A stretch of 64,000 bases of DNA from Euglena gracilis (lineage: Eukaryota). The notes below the pieces were generated by a model that saw only the letters and a program-made list of their open reading frames with translations, was not told the origin of the DNA and did not search any database. The stretch's first letter is position 1. Each line of letters starts with the position of its first letter. The translations under genes were made by a program, and so were the position numbers. The stretch lies in contig CP154954.1 in NCBI GenBank assembly GCA_039621445.1, positions 3,539,715-3,603,714 on the forward strand. Direction: 5' to 3'. Of this stretch, positions 59,601 through 64,000 are shown piece by piece.

Positions 59601-60870
59601 GGGGACAGGGCAGTACAGTTTGGAGAGTTGGTCAAACCTTGGGACCCCCCCCTCCCCCCCTGTACAGTTCCAACCCACCCCTCCCGGGACCCCCCCCTCC
59701 CCCCCACTTCCAACCCCTCCGAGACAGATGGAAAAAAAATTAAAAAAACGGCTTTTTTTGAAACAAAAAAACATGCTTTTTTAAGGGGGTGGTGCGGGTT
59801 GGGGGGGGGTCATGGTGGGGTCACGGGGCGGGGGGGTGTTACGGGGGAAGTAGGCCACTTTGCAGGTAGCCGGGAGGCAACATTCATGACGTTGCATCGT
59901 GATAAAATTGGTCAAAAAACCTCATGGAGGGTTTGGGGGAATTTTTTTGAAACTTTTTTTTAGAAAAAAGGTATTTTTTCATCTCTGCAGCTTCGTAGTC
60001 CGTGAAGAGTGCTGGATGAAGTGTGAGGAAAAACTAAAAAAACGTCACTTTTGATGACCAAAAAAAATGACCTTAAAACCTTTTCCGCAAAAAATGGCCA
60101 TTTCGCAAGGAAAAGGGGGTGTCTGGGACGCGGGGGGGGGACGCGGGGGGGGGGGGGACGCGGGGGGGGACGCGGGGGAGACGCCATTTTTGAAATGGTG
60201 AAATTAGGAATTTGCTACCAGAAAATTTTAGCCAAATTAGGATTCTACCACAACAAATTAAGAATCACCTACCCCAAATTAGGAATCACAGACCACAAGT
60301 TAGGAATCACCCACACCAGATTAGGAATAACCAGCCTCAAATTTGCCTGAAATTAGGAATCAGCCTCCTAAATTTGGCTGTCTCCAGAACAAAATTTTGG
60401 TTCCAAAGTGGTACGCGGGGGGGACGCGGGTGGGGACGCGGGGGGGACCCGGGGGAGACACCCGCACAAGGTCAATTTTTGCTTTTTTAAAAAAAGAAAA
60501 CATGTTTTTTGGGTTTTTTTTGAAATAAACATATTTTGTTCTTTGTTGAAAAAACAAAAAAAAGTCAACCCTGGCTCAATTCCGCATGGTGTGCCAAGTG
60601 GGTGTGATTTGAAGCTGCTTCCTGCCTTTCTGCTAAGTGTTTAAAGTGAAAACACTGGCTACCATTCTTTTCACAAGACACAAATATTTTGCGAAATGCA
60701 TCTGAATTTCGCAAAATCCACCATTGCCAACCTCAATTGGATGAAAAATGTCGCAACTGTCTCGGGGGTGGGCAGTACAGTTGTGATTTTCTGGGGACCC
60801 CCCTCCCCCCCCCCCCTGTACAGCTTCCAACCACCCCCCTCGGACCCCCCCCCCCCTGTGCCTTGTCTCC
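59601..60870. mobile_element. TIR element with GG..CC ends and 3-bp TSD (CAT), composite interior
   Basis: Ends GGGGACAGGGCA / TGCCTTGTCTCC. The empty site CTCCATGGAATGTATT is seen in DIRS copy A at ~49144. Confidence 0.8.
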
Positions 60871-62241
60871 CATAAAATGTATTTTCCCAACTAGCTGATT
60901 TTCTGGGTGCTGGGTGGGGGGTGTTTGACATTGCACCCCTGGTGCCCCTGGGGATTGAGCATTCTCTAAAGGTGGCTGGGGGGGGTGTGCATGCTCTTCT
61001 CACAGGTTCTCTGATCCTCCACTTTGTCATTGGTGCTGTCGATTGACATACCATAGGGGCCCCTTTTTGGGTCTCCCGCTGGTTTTGGTTTGCCCCTGCC
61101 ATGGGCATTGACAGAGAATGTTGAGGGGGGGTTGCCCCCTTGTCCACCACTGCCCCTTTGGGGGCATCCTCCTGGGGCTGCCACCGTACATTGAAACCCC
61201 CTGCTGGGGGACAGCCTGTTAGAGTCTGCGGTTTTTCCCCTTCTGATAATTGATGGCCCCAGAGGCCTTGAAATTGTTGATGTTGTTGATGATAAATCTG
61301 GCCCCCTGGCCCTCTTGATGTTGGCTCCACTCTTAAAATTTTGATAGTCCCCATTAACTTCTTTTGGATGTTGGGTGCCATGCCCATTGAAAAACTTGGG
61401 GTACCACTGGCGGCCCATCCTGTACCCCTGATGGGGTTTGAGATGAAGAAATGATTGGGGGTTGTTGACCTGTCCTGGCCCTGCCACTGGGCCTCTGTTT
61501 GTGGAATTTGGCCACCCTGGCCTTGGTATTGTTGGCCACCCTGGCCTTTGTTCCATCGGCCGCCATGGCCATTGCTGTTTTGGCCGCCATGGCCCAGTTT
61601 GCCATTGTGGCCGCCATTGCCCAGCTTGCTATTGTGGCCGCCATGGCCCAGCTTGAACAAGGTATTGGTGTAACTGGCAGAATGTTCGCCCCAATGGCCC
61701 TGGCTCCAATGGCCGTAGTGACCTGCTGGTCGTTGTTTCTTCCCCGTTCAGGGTCTTCCGACCACTGTCTGCCAGGGTCCGTGGCCATCACTTTGGAGGG
61801 TTTGAGTTCTGGAAATTTCTGTGGGGGAAATTTCTTTTGGGGTAGGGTCAGCCACGGTTAGCCACAGTTGACCCGCGCCTTCAGGTTGTCCAGCTGCTGC
61901 TGCTGCTCCCTCTTGAAGTACTCCAGGGCTTTGCTTCTTTGAAGTTGCATCTTTCATTGAATTCTTTCGAAAAATTCAACAACTTTTGATTTCAAGTTCT
62001 GCGCGACCGTGATTTTCTTGATAATTTGAGTGGATTGATTTTCTTCTTCTTTTCTCAATTGGTGAGGTATTTGAAGTTCCTGTCTTCTGGGTGACGAAGG
62101 GCAAATTAGGAATCAGCCAACTCCGGCGAAAAAAGGCACTAGGCCGGACCTCCTAACCAAAGCGCACCAGAACAATCCACACAGCACCGCCGGCGAGCAA
62201 GGCATGGCCTCACAAGGGCAAAGTGCGGAGCCCGAGGTGTC

Positions 62242-64000
62242 GTACTTCGCCGTGGGTGTCTCGTGCTCCCTCGAGGAAAACTGACAAGGGAGGAAGGGAC
62301 ACCGAGGGCGAAGCACAAAGACCTTGTGAGACCATGCCTTGCTCGCCTGCGGTGTTGTTTGGATTGTTCTGGTGCGCTTGGTTAGGAGGTCCCGCTGAGT
62401 GCTGCCTCGCTGGAGTTGGCTGACGATGCTGCTCCGACAGGGCAACGTGGCTTCTTGACCCTGGGGGGTGTCCCCCCCCTCTCCACCCCCCGGCCCCCAC
62501 TCTCTGACCGAGGGCTTTTGAACACAAATTTTCTTTTACGGGTGGGGGGGGGGTCGGACTCACAAGGTCTTTGTGCTTCGCCCTCGGTGTCCCTTCCTCC
62601 TTTGTCTGGAGGGAGTACGAGACACCTCGGGCTCCGCACTTTGCCCTTGAAAGGCCAGTTTGTGCACTGAAATTCGGTGAGCCAGGGCATTTTCCAGGGC
62701 ACCTTGGGCACCAAGTCGTTGGTAGTTGGCTGTAAAAGCCTCCACCCCCCTCAATTGACCAATTTCACAAACTTGCTTGGGCAGAAAAGCCCAAGTTTTT
62801 GAGTAAACCAACCCCTGCCCCCCTGGTTTTGTGGGCCCCCCACCTGGGGGGTTACCCTATGTTTGGCCAAAAAGTCTTTTGTGATGGAAGCAACGGTGTC
62901 TGCACTTATGGCACTGAAGGGGGGGTTTTAATGAGATCAGAAGGGGGCTCTCAGGTCTGACGACTGAACATGTAGCAGCCACATAGCACATCATCAAGTC
63001 AAATGGGCTTATTTTGGGACACTGGGGAAAGGACACAACCCTTTCCCACTTATGGAATTTCTGTCCTTTACGCTTAATCGTGATGTAGGGTGCCCTACCC
63101 AACACACTGGTGGTTTGTTTCACTTGCGATAAGTCTGAGGATCGGTATAAACAGAAGATTCGTGAGCAAAAAATTAGCCGCGTACACAATGTACAAATAT
63201 CAGTGGGCATGAACGCCTTTGCCAGCCCCAGAATGATTGGGACGGGATCCCAAAATGCCCCATACTTCTCCACGTTTTGGTTCCAAAGCCTCTTGTAGGG
63301 GGTTAACAGAGCGTGGAATCTCAGCCCACCAAACCCAGGAATCAAAAGCATAGCACTGTAGGCATTGCGGGCTTGGGCCTTAGAAAACTGTAATAATCGT
63401 ATTAAAGCGTCAGCCACTTGGTCTGTGGTGGCTTCAGGGGGGGGGGAGGGCAAGCCCATGTGTTCCAAAAATACCCACAGAAGTGCACAAGCACTCTGAT
63501 AACGTTTTAACCTGGGGTTTATCCCCAGAAAACCGTTAATGGTCTCAACCTCAATTTGTTTACCCTCCAAAGTTTTGCGGAGGAAACCATGCAAACCAGG
63601 GGCCACCTGGGCGGTGGCATTTGCTCCACCCTGCATTTGGTGAACATGCCCCTGTAGGGGGTCATTTTCAGGCGGGGGGTCCCTGGAAATTTCATTTTTA
63701 TTGATTGTGCCCACCAGGTTGCTGGATCCCAGTAGGAGGTGACCATCAAAACTTTGGTTTGGGGAAAATTTTTCAACCTGGGTGGAAATTGTTGAATTAT
63801 TGACCAGGGGGAGTTTGCATAAAGATCCCCCATGTTGTCCAGTGGACAATGTAATGTATTTACAGCTGTGGCATCCCAGTGGGGCCACCTGGCTACAAAA
63901 TTTGGCAGTTTTTTGTTGCCTGTGGAGGCAAATAAATCTGTTTCCAGACTTTTGAAAATTTTGAACTGTTGTTTGAGCCATTGAAAAAGTTGGGGTTCTG
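62242..64000 (-). mobile_element. DIRS1-like retrotransposon, copy C (3' part; runs off the window)
   Basis: ORF 62857-63981 is tyrosine-recombinase-like (LYRSSDL, KRKGQK, LLISLKPP) and overlaps a methyltransferase-like frame (LYANSPW..YWDPATWW). Right ITR and ICR at ~62260-62650. Confidence 0.92.

Larger units (their letters stand above)
50556..62241 (-). mobile_element. DIRS1-like retrotransposon, copy B, interrupted by three insertions (51501-57119, ~57374-57690, 59601-60870)
   Basis: Collinear with copy A: YLDDILL ~58990; RNase H HSDSS/HMNVKEL/VDNQV ~58210-58530; DLFAS ~58090; right ITR ~50575-50737; ICR ~50870-50974; left ITR ~62114-62241. Confidence 0.92.

Noticed and set aside
12570-60370. 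Short-period arrays (CCTAATTT at 12570-12920, GCGGAAATT at 14560-14650 and 40420-40520, AAAAATGCGC at 31600-31790, AATTAGGAATCAC at 60200-60370)
   Set aside because: They appear to be internal repeats of non-autonomous elements, with no independent function supportable.
1-64000. Abundant poly-G/poly-C runs as a G-quadruplex system
   Set aside because: They lie mostly inside MITE families, and homopolymer lengths may be unreliable in the assembly.

Overview
Repeat-rich eukaryotic nuclear DNA, almost certainly from Euglena or a close euglenid. The evidence is a perfect 28-nt Euglena spliced-leader (SL) exon at 37532-37559, TTAGGG repeats, and a gene spliced with both GT-AG and euglenid non-conventional (N3-CAG...CTG-N5-6|R) introns. 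Positions ~435-20147 (- strand) hold 13-15 small exons of a soluble-adenylyl-cyclase-like protein (two class III cyclase domains followed by a P-loop); neither end of the gene is resolved. The rest is mobile DNA: MITE families with 8-bp, TA or 3-bp target-site duplications (TSDs), two hAT transposase remnants, a CRE-clade non-LTR fragment with tandem 2A-like motifs, a head-to-tail array of DIRS-type tyrosine-recombinase retrotransposons (43.5-64 kb), and a nested LTR element with a tRNA-iMet primer site. The most notable observations are: (1) hAT-type MITEs whose CAG..CTG ends plus 8-bp TSD exactly match non-conventional intron geometry (3+5=8 nt); (2) a ~335-nt multi-domain structured RNA candidate with tRNA-mimic modules and a primer-site 12-mer; (3) an orphan SL retrocopy upstream of a repeat ORF that fuses in frame to the 2A/CRE ORF. 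Everything was read by eye; no searches or folding programs were run.
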